DNA of 25,313 nucleotides, from positions 1-25,313 of the IMG/VR virus record IMGVR_UViG_3300025751_000131. One strand, written 5' to 3'. A program made the position numbers and the translations under genes. Shown piece after piece: positions 10,301-19,372 of the stretch; the first letter of the stretch is position 1; every line of letters starts with the position of its first letter. Below the pieces are notes generated by a model. The model did no database searches. It saw nothing but the letters and a program-made list of their open reading frames with translations, and had not been told where the DNA came from. This stretch comes from a virus (taxonomy: Duplodnaviria; Caudoviricetes).

Positions 10301-11659
10301 GACCTTATACACATAAAGGTCTCCGGATAACTTGTCAGTTAAACCTACTCCATTAATTGTAGTTAAAGCAATTCCAATAGAACTAAAAGTATTGTCTTTG
10401 TTAATATCATTGGATCTGTATTGTACTTTTTCTCCAGTAACAAAGAAATGATTAGGTATTGTTATAGAATCTTTACTTAAATTTACTACAGAAGAAAAAT
10501 CTGCTCTAAAAAGTTTTTCAAATATAAAGTCGCCTTTATATTTTAAATCAAATCTAGTTTTATCTGCACTCCCAAATATTGCCAAACCGCTACTAATAGC
10601 GGAGTTTTCTAAATTTAAAGTTGTTGGGAAATTTGAAAACTCAAAATAACTTATAACATTTTGAAATAACGTAACCTCAACATTCCTTCCCGGATCTGGA
10701 GTATATACTATTTCTACTTGGTTTGGAGATAATATTCTTCTAGTGTCAAAGTTTCCTAAAAATCCAGAAGTAAATGTGTTTCCATATTCTATAAAATTAC
10801 TATCTGTAGAACTGTTAATTACAAAAAGTTCCAATATTTCTACTTGATTTGTATCAGTATCTACTACTTGAGATATAATGTATGATGCCTGATAAACATC
10901 TGCATCATAAGAACCAACAACTACTGGTATAGGAGATATACTAGATGTAATTCCAGTCTTTGTAGATTCCAAATTTCCAGATCTTAAAGAAATATTTCCA
11001 TCACCAGAAAAACTAGTTGATGCAAAGGATATGGAAACTGTATTTGTAATAACTTCACCTAAGGAAACATGGTCTGGATAAAAATCCACATTTATATGAG
11101 ATCCTGAAACATACACATCATAAGTCCCCAACCCAGAAAGTGCTGGGTCATTATCAAAAACAAGTTGTCCAAACTCAGAGAATGCAACATCGTTGATATT
11201 TTTGTCTAAAGCTACACTCAATTCCGTGTACTCATAAAAATTGTTTGATGTTGATATTTCTACAAGTATTTTTGCTGAAGTAAAATCTGTGGGTATCTTT
11301 GTTATTGTTCCTACAGTTCCCGTTCCAATATTTTTATATGAAGTGGCAATACTTACAATATTTCCTATGGAAACTTCCGTAGAATCTTCTATATCTCTTT
11401 TTATATCATAAGTAATAAAACTATAGTTGTATTCGTTTATTCTTCCATCTAAAGGAACAAACTTAAGAACATTTTCACCTCCAATATCAACAACATCAAA
11501 AGAACCTAGTTCATCTTCTGTAAAAACTTTTGCATATGAGGATGTAAATAAGTCTGTTCCATCAGTCAAAGATGCAATAATAGAAGATTGTCTTCTATCA
11601 GAAAACCTATCATCCAATACATTTAAAAATAACTTTTTAGATCTTATGTTTGATGCCAT
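7367..11659 (-). CDS. Virion structural protein; C-terminal portion of cyanophage gp7/VrlC-like baseplate wedge initiator
   Basis: 1430 aa, beta-rich, with repeated (N/D)xGSGY..P motifs and NHFFVTGEKVQY. Lies between the gp7-like ORF and gp8, in frame with the upstream ORF. Confidence 0.75.
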   Translation of the reverse strand: MASNIRSKKLFLNVLDDRFSDRRQSSIIASLTDGTDLFTSSYAKVFTEDELGSFDVVDIGGENVLKFVPLDGRINEYNYSFITYDIKRDIEDSTEVSIGNIVSIATSYKNIGTGTVGTITKIPTDFTSAKILVEISTSNNFYEYTELSVALDKNINDVAFSEFGQLVFDNDPALSGLGTYDVYVSGSHINVDFYPDHVSLGEVITNTVSISFASTSFSGDGNISLRSGNLESTKTGITSSISPIPVVVGSYDADVYQASYIISQVVDTDTNQVEILELFVINSSTDSNFIEYGNTFTSGFLGNFDTRRILSPNQVEIVYTPDPGRNVEVTLFQNVISYFEFSNFPTTLNLENSAISSGLAIFGSADKTRFDLKYKGDFIFEKLFRADFSSVVNLSKDSITIPNHFFVTGEKVQYRSNDINKDNTFSSIGIALTTINGVGLTDKLSGDLYVYKVDSKTIKLSTSAENSLSTSPKFIDFTSLGIGKTHYITSTNQNQKCIIAIDNVIQSPIYKSSVGLSTLQNQLLNNSSSSELTFLDVDGFSSGDFIQIENEIMKINSVDAGSSLVFVNRGVFGTGIESHAPNSIIEKIEGNYNIVGSTIFFGSAPYGETISANEFGSVVSSDQVKSSFQGRVFIRSGIPDSNIETYEKNYLFDDISEDFNAVSKDFTLKNNGNDILGISTDRSIILINNILQIPENDFTLTENLTNTQLNFTGTATSVSYDANNSSVPRGGIPVSIASSNGFGYQPLVAAGGTAIVSFAGTISSVSIGNSGSGYRVGIQPTVRVGVQTYSSGIPNIEFIGTATVQNGGIVGVSITNPGSGYTSTNPPDVVFDYPLSYSGIPLIYSPSYSAGFGTEAKIDIVVGQGSSVVDFTITNYGYSYRAGDILTVETGDPNGIPLDSTKTFQEFSIIIDKVTKDNFSGWYVGGLKLLDNFSTKFDGKRKVFFLTDNGNIFSIISKKGSEIDVKATILIFLNDVLQVPDESYTLSGGSRIVFTEAPKEGDECKVIFYRGTDGIDVVDVDIEDTIKEGDTLQIVSNNPKLSQESRIVDSIFSPNAVDTNLYSSIGISSNFETVRPVAWCKQTEDFKINGVYVTKNRVEYEPRINPVSSLIKSVGIGSTMIFVNTLSQTFDYKNENALTSYIDQIEIIENVDKKTAVLSAVVSTAGTITSVNILDSGSGYLDAPSLTIASPIGIGTTGQAKATTTISSGSISSISITNPGFGYTTDTTPLVIVETPNFNKEYIKDVRYSGDFGIISGITTTSVGYALTGLVFQLLIPSDSPLRDSKYTNPTITQSSIKDSYYFEVFNSNVGNGVVSLDETGNVVGIGTLFLDNVYKVLNVSNVVELGYSFPAGFPVSMVEVTVSLSSYNGLSGIGKNKFFGEFTWGLIEAEKRSDPKEFVVDLNNGVVGLNSSPTVKRVNPLKNNSYTVV

Positions 11660-11674
11660 TTCTTTACTTAAATA

Positions 11675-14600
11675 TTAAAATGAGGTTACGAATGTTGCTG
11701 GCAGGTTGGTATTAAATTCATTACTTATATCATCTATCAACAAAACTCTATTTCCAATAGACTCTGAATAATCTTGCAGAATTCTCGACTCAAAATAAAT
11801 TTGATCGGACGATAAGATTTTATCAATATAGAAATAATTTTCAGTTACTAAGTCATAATCAAATAAACAATTAACATTCACCTGACTATTTAAGTCAATA
11901 ACAATATCAGTTGCTTCTGACCTTTGAACAGTTGTAATGCCAGAAAAAGAATCTGGAGTAGATACTACTTGAAGATCGCCAAATTTTTTAAACCCTACTG
12001 TATGATTTAAATTGCTTACAGTAAAGAACCATTTGTCTAGAGGTATTTCACTCTTGAGGGAATATGAAAAATATTGATAATAATCATTATCAGCAATTTT
12101 TTGAGTTGAATTATTTAAAAATCCAGTATCTTTATTCCATCCACCAATAACTCTAGAAGATGAACTTATATCATAGTAAAATTCTAAACCACTATTCTCT
12201 TTAATAAATGCTGATGTATTTGAAGAAAGTCCTCTTATTATCTCTTCATCTTCAATTTCGAATGCAGTTTCAACTTTTAGAATTTCATTTTTACTGTCCC
12301 AACTGACAACCTTTCCAGTTTTATTTCCAAATTTTACAACTTCTCTTACACTAAAATCATTTTTGACAAGTTGAACATTAAATTTTGGAAAATACTTCTC
12401 TGGTGTTACTATTCCAGAAGAGTTCTCCACATCAAATGTGCCAGGAGTAAGAGAACTGCTTAAGTATTTTTCTATAGAATATTTAATTGTTGGTAATGGT
12501 CCAGAAAGATCTACTTCATTAATTTCAAACAAGGAATAATCATATTCTTTAGAATTATATGTAATTCCAGAAGTTGTTGAAGTTCCCTCTACAATTATCT
12601 TATCACCAACTTCAAATGGGAATTCTTCCAAAGTAAAAACTTTATTTAAAGTTAAAGTAACTTCTTTTGTTGATGGATTATATGATGCTAATGATATTTT
12701 AATTCCGTTAGTATTTCTTATTGGAATTATGTCTGGAGTTGTATTATAAAAACCTTTTGTATTTTTTATAATAGTTACCTTATATTTTTCTATGTCATAG
12801 TCTAAAACTAAATCGTCAATTAACTCTCCAGTAAAACCATCTTTAACTATTAAAGTTGGTGATTTTTTATAAAAACGTCCAACAGAAGATATTCCAACAG
12901 AAGCAAGTTTTGATAGAGGTTCTACTCTAATTGATAACGGAGCTTTTACTCTAGGGACAATTGTATTATCTACACTGTATTCATATCCAATATCAACAAT
13001 TTCAGTATTTTTTATAGAACCAACACTAGAAGAAACTGGTAAAACTATAGCTCCAGTTCCCTCTTGAGAATCTATTTCAATTATTGATGGCAGGGTTTCA
13101 TATTCAAACCCTCCAGAAATTCTATTAAAACTTGATATTTTTCCTTTAGCAGTCGATGAATTTGTTGTGTACGAAATAGAAGAATTTGAAGTATTATATG
13201 TTGAAGATTCATTAGTATCACCTATACTAAAAGTAAAAGTATCTGTACCAACTCCAGATAAAGTTTTTGTTCCATAAAATACACTAGTTCTTAAAGAAAT
13301 TAAGTTATTAAAGATAACTTCTTCATCTACCTTACATTCCTTCTTAATCCTAGAATTTTCTGGGTTTTGATCTGGAACCAAATTATAATAAAAATTGTCA
13401 GGGAAAGTGTTATCAATTAAAATTTCAACTTTTGCATTTGAATCTACTCCAATTATTCCAGTTTGCCTTATTTTGGAAATTTTATCAGAGTCTACTAAAA
13501 ATAATCTATTTGATAAAGATTCATCAGTAAAAAACTCTAAACTAAATGAAGGTATTCTTTTTCCCAATAAAGTAGATTCTACAGATAAAGAAGAATCTGA
13601 AAGATCTAAAATAATTTTAGAATTTCTTATGATATTTAACTTTGGATTTATTGGCGATAAAGTTCCGAAAGAAATTGATGATATAGTAACAAAAAATGGA
13701 TTTTTCTTTGTTGCATCATATTGAGAATTGCACAATCTAATTCTATTTTCATCATAAACAGAAATATAATATATTTGATTGTCAGTCAACCCAGAAGAAG
13801 GTGAAGTTGAATTGTAGATTACTTTGTCTCCACTTATAAAATTGTGTGAGGGTATTCTTATTGTACTATAAGTCAAATCTATATCAGAAGAAATAAATTC
13901 TTTTTGATTGACAACTATTCTTCTATAGAAATCATTGTATTTGACCGAATATGTTGTGGAAATTCCTGAGTAAATTTCAATATCAACTTTATCGGTTGCT
14001 TTCAATAGAGTTGTAGATGCCGTTGAAACTAAAGCTTCATTTTTGTTTATATTGCAAAGTAAAGTATTGGTTTTTTCGGTTTTAAAACTATGATAAGTGC
14101 CAATTCCGGCACTATTAATGAATAATAGTCCACTAGATAAATCTGGGGACTTATACTCCCCAAAAGTAGACAAACCGACTTTTACTGTAGAAATTCCTAC
14201 AAAGTCCTTTCCTAAGTTTGTTATATAAAATCTATCTCCATCATTTACAGATGAAATGCTAGTTCCATCAGTTGAAACTGCTATTGGAGAACCGTTGGAT
14301 GTATATTCTACAATAGTTCCACTTTTTAAATTATGATCTTTTAAGTAAATGTATCTAGGATTGATTGTTATAGAAGTTACTCCAGATCCAGGACTTCCAA
14401 AAACTTTTAAAGATTTTTCAGTACCAAAACCGATAGACTCTACAGGATCAAAATAATATTCTCTATTGACATCATATTTAAAATCTGAATTTGGATATTC
14501 AAGAACTATCTTATTAGACTCTTCAACTAAAACAGTGGAAACTGAATGTGAGCTTATTGCAGTTGAGTTATATCCTCTAAGAACTCTAATTCTTGAAGTT

Positions 14601-17600
14601 GCCTCATCAACATTTAATATTTTTACTTTTTCAGATTCTAGAGTATAAACATCGTTTTCTTTAATATTTGGATAAGTTAAGCTTCCATCAACACTAAAGT
14701 AAGTAACTGTTTTTGTCGGATCGTCATTGACATCTAATGATAAAGATAATGTGTTTTTTGGAATCGTTGGTTTGAATTGCCCTCGTAATTGGTCATTAAT
14801 TATAGATTTAACAACCAGTAAGTCATTATTTTTTAAATTATGAGTCTCTGTACAGAAACCTATTATTCTATTGTTTCCCCTGTATGAAGTAAACTCAACA
14901 TCTTCAAAAGTTGTTAATAATGGTTCTAAACTAATAACATCTTTTCCATAAATTTTTCCAACCTCAAAAGATGCTCTAGAACCACCAGTCCCACTGTTGT
15001 CAAAAATTACAGAATCTCCGATAGAATAATTATCACCACCAGATATTATTTTGATATCATCCAAACTTGAAGAGAATGTAGATTTTATTTTAGAATTTTT
15101 TAAATCATAAGTTTTATTATTATTTTCTAAAAACTTATATTCGGATCTTGAGGATGTCAAATTGTAGGGATTGGTATTTCTCAATATGTTGGGATTTAAA
15201 AAATTAAATCTTTCTTGATTTGTTCCAATCTCAAAGTTTTCTTTTATTGGGTTTGAATAAAAGTTTTTACCAACAACATAGGGAAATCTTGGAACTTTGT
15301 CTCCATTAAATATTCCAACACCAATGTTTGTAGTTGTATTTAAAGTTTCATCTTCTATTGTGGTAAAATATGCATAAGTTCCATTTGGATACTCTGGAGT
15401 TATGCAAAATCTGCCATTATTTTCGTCGAGGTCTCCTTCACCAGTAAAATTGTAGTCTTCTACAAAAAATCCTGCAGGATATATCTTTCTATCTGGTCTA
15501 CCTGGATATTCATCTTTCGGGTCAGAGTAACCCGAATTTATTTTCTTAATAGTTGTAGAATTTAAAGACTCGTACCCATATGGACCATAAATCGGATTTC
15601 CATCATATGCCCAACCAACAATTGGAGAATGATACTTATCTTCACGAGAGTCGTTTAAATAATCGCTTCTATATTGAATCTTATCGTCCTGAGTATATTC
15701 TGAAAGAAGTTTTTTTCTAAGTTCTCTTGGTGTGTAAAGGTGAGTATATTGCAAACCATATTTTGGATTTAAACCTCTATAAGCAACACTATCATCAAAA
15801 GAAATTTTATCCGATTCTAAAAGACGTGTAAAGTTATTAATAGTCCAAGTTTTAATATTACCTCTTAGTTTACATCCAACTCCTGGAGTTAAAATTTCTA
15901 TTCTTGTAGTATCACTATTGTAAGATTTTCCACCATAGACCACTTTAACTTCTTTTAGTTTTCCATCTTCTATAATAGAAACTAAAGAAGCTCCAGAACC
16001 AGTTCCAAAAATTAATATATCTGGAGGAGTAATATATCCAGAACCAGAATCTGAAATTAAAACTTCAACTATAGAACCATTAGATATTACCGGAACAACT
16101 TTAGCACCACTTCCGCTATTTAAATTAAACTCAGGTTGGCGATTATAATTTATAATATCTGAAGAACCATATCCAACACCATTATTATCTAAGAAAATAG
16201 ATTTTACTTCTCCTCTAAAGTATGGAAGTACTTCGGCATTAAATTCTTTCTGGTTTACTGTAGAAACACCTACGCTTCCACTTATAGTAACCTTTATTGG
16301 TTCATAATTGAATATGTGCCTTCCTTGTCCGCCATCATTAAAGTTAATATATTGCTTAGTATCATAAAAGAAACTTTTTGCAGTAGTACCAATTCCTATA
16401 TTTGAAAGTTTAAACCTTTTTTCATCCAGTCTTGTTACATAATAACTCCCTGTGCTAAGTCCTGATATTGGAGTTCCTTCATAAGAATATGTTATTATTT
16501 CCCCACTCTGATAAGGATGTTCATAAACTCTAATTTCATCAAATGCAGTGTTTACTCCAGTTGGGTTAACTATAATTTTTTTATTTTTATATCCAAATCC
16601 TGTATTTAAAACAGATATCGAACCAATACTAAATTTTTTCTTTTCAGATTTTATTGTATGGTTACCTTCACCAAAACTTGTAATATCAACTTCATTGGTG
16701 TTATTAATTGAATCCTCTTTTCTATCAAAAAGTCTGATAGTAAAGTCATCAACTACATTTACATAATAATCTGATCCACTTTTAAGTCCTCCAATTTCTG
16801 TTTGTCCGTTTGAGTTATAGTTTACTTTCTCTCCAGTAAATAATTTATGGAAAGTGCTAAAACCAATTTGATTAAAGGGATCTGTAGGATTAATTCTTGT
16901 ATTATTTACGCTAGAATCAAAAACTACTGAGTTATCTAAAGGTATTAATTTTACTTCAGCTTTTGCTCCACTTCCAGATCCGCCAGTAATAGTGACCAAA
17001 GGATTTTCAATATAATCGTAACCAGGATCAATAACATCAATTCTAGTTAAAGAACCCTCTACGCCACAATGCCCTGTTGCAGAAGAACCAATGCTAGAAG
17101 AAATTTCTAACTTTGGAGGTTCTGTTACACTATAGTTTATGCCTCCATCAATAACTTCTATAGATTCTAAGGGGCCATAAAATATTTTATCACTCGATTT
17201 ATAATTTAATAGTTCTACACCATTTAAAAATATTCCAGTACAACCAAATTCTGTAGCATCCTTTCTATCAGATGTCTTTGGTTTTGTTAATCTTCTTATT
17301 AATTTTTGTGGTCCTACTACATCAGGAACTCTTTTTATATCAGAAAACCTTAGGAGGCTTATAAAATTATTTTTTAACGTCTTAGAGGTTCCTGGGGACA
17401 ATAAATTTACAAAAGCATTATCAAACCTCAATCCTAAAGACTTTTCAATATTTTCTTTACTTCTAGATAACTTAAACTCAGAAGAAGACTCTCTCTTTAC
17501 ATAGTAAACTCCAGTTTCTATAAGTAATTTTTCATCTTCATTTTCTCCAGTAAACGTATATAAAACAGCGTCTCCAGTCAAAAACCCATGATTTGGTTGG

Positions 17601-19369
17601 GTTATGGTTATTCCATCAAAAGAGACTTTGGAGATTTCAAATTTAAAGTCTTTTACTGTATTGAAAGAATTTCCGTAATTTGGTAAAGAATTTGATGCAA
17701 CGTATAAAGACTTTTCAGTTTTATTTTTATATACGTTTATAACATCTGAAGAATATTTTTCATCATATAGTGAAGTAACTTTTCTTACGCTAAAAATTTT
17801 ATCAATAGACTTTTGTGAATTGTTTATTTTAAATTCTTTTGTTGGCACAGAAGTCTCTGATACCAACACCCCATCAAAAATTTCAGTTTGTCTTTGATTG
17901 TTTGTTAATGAAAAATAGTCAACTTCTACAGAGTCTTTATTGTAAATATTGGTATTATCATATGTCTTAATCGTATAGCTAAAACTAGATCCTGTATCTT
18001 TTTCTTTTGTTATACTCTCTACTTCACAATTTACCGAAACGTTAAATATCCAGTCATTAGATTTAAAATCTTTAGGATCATCATATCCATATCCAACAAG
18101 TTTTATTGGGTCGTCTTTAGTATATCCTTTTCCATTTTCTATAATATTTGTATTAGATACAACTCCACCTATCCTAAAACTTATTATGCTTCCAGAACTT
18201 GAGTATCCAAAAGCAAAAACATCCAAAAGAATGTCTTCTCCAGAAGACAAATCCTCTATTATATTCGAGCATTTATTAAACTGAGTTAATGACTTCTCTT
18301 CATAAGTAATGACAAAGTATCCATTAAGTCCCTTATATACTAAAGTTCCACTTTCCGGAAACCCTACAGTAGAATCTACATTTATATAATCTGATCCAGT
18401 TAAAACTTTTTCTTTTATTTTTGTTTTTGGATGAATTGAAAAATCGCCAAAAACTGTTCCGATAACATTAATATCTTTATTAAAATCATTATCTAATTTT
18501 AATACATGATATGGTTTTCCATTTCTAATAATTCTTTGAACATCAGTTACTGTACCAAAAGCTTTGGAGATATTACCTTGCTGTTGATCTTGGAATATTG
18601 TTCTATTTTTTAACTCTTCTGCAGATCCATTAATTTCTTCTACTATAAGATCTTTTGTTATTCTATATTGAGCATCTGAAGGTTGTATTAAATAATCTCT
18701 TGGTTTAATTACCTCTACAGAAGCACCAAATAAAACTCTGAACAATATTTTAAAAGACTCGTCAGTGCCTTTTGAAGAATAAAAATCTTTTGAATTTTTT
18801 AAAAAGGTTCCAGAGTTTAAAGATGAAAATAATTTTCTACCTTCAAACCCAGGTAAAAACTGCTTTTTAACTTTATTGTAATACTCTTTTAAAAATAATA
18901 TACTTAGGTTAAATACGTTTTTTGGAGATTCTTCTGTACCCTGAAGATGTGTTTGTGTAAGAGTATCTTCAAAAATAAAGTTCTCATTTTCTCCATAAGA
19001 AGAAATTCCACTAAATCCTCTAACACACTCTTCAAATGAAGTGTTGGTCTTACTTTTATAAAGAATAATTTCAGAGTCTATTTTAATTAGACCATACGTG
19101 TCAGGAAACCCTTCAGTAGACTCAACATTTATTGTATTGCTAAAAAGATCAACATCACTTTTTAATACAGTAAAACCTACCAAGTTTGATATTGAATCGA
19201 CCTTAGTCTGCTTATCAATATTTGTAAGGACATCATAAGCACCACCTTGAAGGTCTAATGACTTATAATACTCTTTTAAAAATTCTTGGACAAGAGGAAA
19301 ATTCTCCCTTACAAAAGATGGGAGTTGATCTTCTACTATTGAATTGATTTTTATTCTTGTATTATCCAT
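11675..19369 (-). CDS. gp7: Baseplate wedge initiator gp7-like giant structural protein (contains YHYH-like segment)
   Basis: 2564 aa. N-terminal QLPSFVRE..P...FLKEYY and KDFYSSKGT.ESFKILFR.LFG, C-terminal DNDYYQYFSYSLKS and H..GFKKF motifs typical of T4-like wedge proteins. Starts 3 nt after the gp6 stop. Confidence 0.8.
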   Translation of the reverse strand: MDNTRIKINSIVEDQLPSFVRENFPLVQEFLKEYYKSLDLQGGAYDVLTNIDKQTKVDSISNLVGFTVLKSDVDLFSNTINVESTEGFPDTYGLIKIDSEIILYKSKTNTSFEECVRGFSGISSYGENENFIFEDTLTQTHLQGTEESPKNVFNLSILFLKEYYNKVKKQFLPGFEGRKLFSSLNSGTFLKNSKDFYSSKGTDESFKILFRVLFGASVEVIKPRDYLIQPSDAQYRITKDLIVEEINGSAEELKNRTIFQDQQQGNISKAFGTVTDVQRIIRNGKPYHVLKLDNDFNKDINVIGTVFGDFSIHPKTKIKEKVLTGSDYINVDSTVGFPESGTLVYKGLNGYFVITYEEKSLTQFNKCSNIIEDLSSGEDILLDVFAFGYSSSGSIISFRIGGVVSNTNIIENGKGYTKDDPIKLVGYGYDDPKDFKSNDWIFNVSVNCEVESITKEKDTGSSFSYTIKTYDNTNIYNKDSVEVDYFSLTNNQRQTEIFDGVLVSETSVPTKEFKINNSQKSIDKIFSVRKVTSLYDEKYSSDVINVYKNKTEKSLYVASNSLPNYGNSFNTVKDFKFEISKVSFDGITITQPNHGFLTGDAVLYTFTGENEDEKLLIETGVYYVKRESSSEFKLSRSKENIEKSLGLRFDNAFVNLLSPGTSKTLKNNFISLLRFSDIKRVPDVVGPQKLIRRLTKPKTSDRKDATEFGCTGIFLNGVELLNYKSSDKIFYGPLESIEVIDGGINYSVTEPPKLEISSSIGSSATGHCGVEGSLTRIDVIDPGYDYIENPLVTITGGSGSGAKAEVKLIPLDNSVVFDSSVNNTRINPTDPFNQIGFSTFHKLFTGEKVNYNSNGQTEIGGLKSGSDYYVNVVDDFTIRLFDRKEDSINNTNEVDITSFGEGNHTIKSEKKKFSIGSISVLNTGFGYKNKKIIVNPTGVNTAFDEIRVYEHPYQSGEIITYSYEGTPISGLSTGSYYVTRLDEKRFKLSNIGIGTTAKSFFYDTKQYINFNDGGQGRHIFNYEPIKVTISGSVGVSTVNQKEFNAEVLPYFRGEVKSIFLDNNGVGYGSSDIINYNRQPEFNLNSGSGAKVVPVISNGSIVEVLISDSGSGYITPPDILIFGTGSGASLVSIIEDGKLKEVKVVYGGKSYNSDTTRIEILTPGVGCKLRGNIKTWTINNFTRLLESDKISFDDSVAYRGLNPKYGLQYTHLYTPRELRKKLLSEYTQDDKIQYRSDYLNDSREDKYHSPIVGWAYDGNPIYGPYGYESLNSTTIKKINSGYSDPKDEYPGRPDRKIYPAGFFVEDYNFTGEGDLDENNGRFCITPEYPNGTYAYFTTIEDETLNTTTNIGVGIFNGDKVPRFPYVVGKNFYSNPIKENFEIGTNQERFNFLNPNILRNTNPYNLTSSRSEYKFLENNNKTYDLKNSKIKSTFSSSLDDIKIISGGDNYSIGDSVIFDNSGTGGSRASFEVGKIYGKDVISLEPLLTTFEDVEFTSYRGNNRIIGFCTETHNLKNNDLLVVKSIINDQLRGQFKPTIPKNTLSLSLDVNDDPTKTVTYFSVDGSLTYPNIKENDVYTLESEKVKILNVDEATSRIRVLRGYNSTAISSHSVSTVLVEESNKIVLEYPNSDFKYDVNREYYFDPVESIGFGTEKSLKVFGSPGSGVTSITINPRYIYLKDHNLKSGTIVEYTSNGSPIAVSTDGTSISSVNDGDRFYITNLGKDFVGISTVKVGLSTFGEYKSPDLSSGLLFINSAGIGTYHSFKTEKTNTLLCNINKNEALVSTASTTLLKATDKVDIEIYSGISTTYSVKYNDFYRRIVVNQKEFISSDIDLTYSTIRIPSHNFISGDKVIYNSTSPSSGLTDNQIYYISVYDENRIRLCNSQYDATKKNPFFVTISSISFGTLSPINPKLNIIRNSKIILDLSDSSLSVESTLLGKRIPSFSLEFFTDESLSNRLFLVDSDKISKIRQTGIIGVDSNAKVEILIDNTFPDNFYYNLVPDQNPENSRIKKECKVDEEVIFNNLISLRTSVFYGTKTLSGVGTDTFTFSIGDTNESSTYNTSNSSISYTTNSSTAKGKISSFNRISGGFEYETLPSIIEIDSQEGTGAIVLPVSSSVGSIKNTEIVDIGYEYSVDNTIVPRVKAPLSIRVEPLSKLASVGISSVGRFYKKSPTLIVKDGFTGELIDDLVLDYDIEKYKVTIIKNTKGFYNTTPDIIPIRNTNGIKISLASYNPSTKEVTLTLNKVFTLEEFPFEVGDKIIVEGTSTTSGITYNSKEYDYSLFEINEVDLSGPLPTIKYSIEKYLSSSLTPGTFDVENSSGIVTPEKYFPKFNVQLVKNDFSVREVVKFGNKTGKVVSWDSKNEILKVETAFEIEDEEIIRGLSSNTSAFIKENSGLEFYYDISSSSRVIGGWNKDTGFLNNSTQKIADNDYYQYFSYSLKSEIPLDKWFFTVSNLNHTVGFKKFGDLQVVSTPDSFSGITTVQRSEATDIVIDLNSQVNVNCLFDYDLVTENYFYIDKILSSDQIYFESRILQDYSESIGNRVLLIDDISNEFNTNLPATFVTSF

Positions 19370-19372
19370 TTA

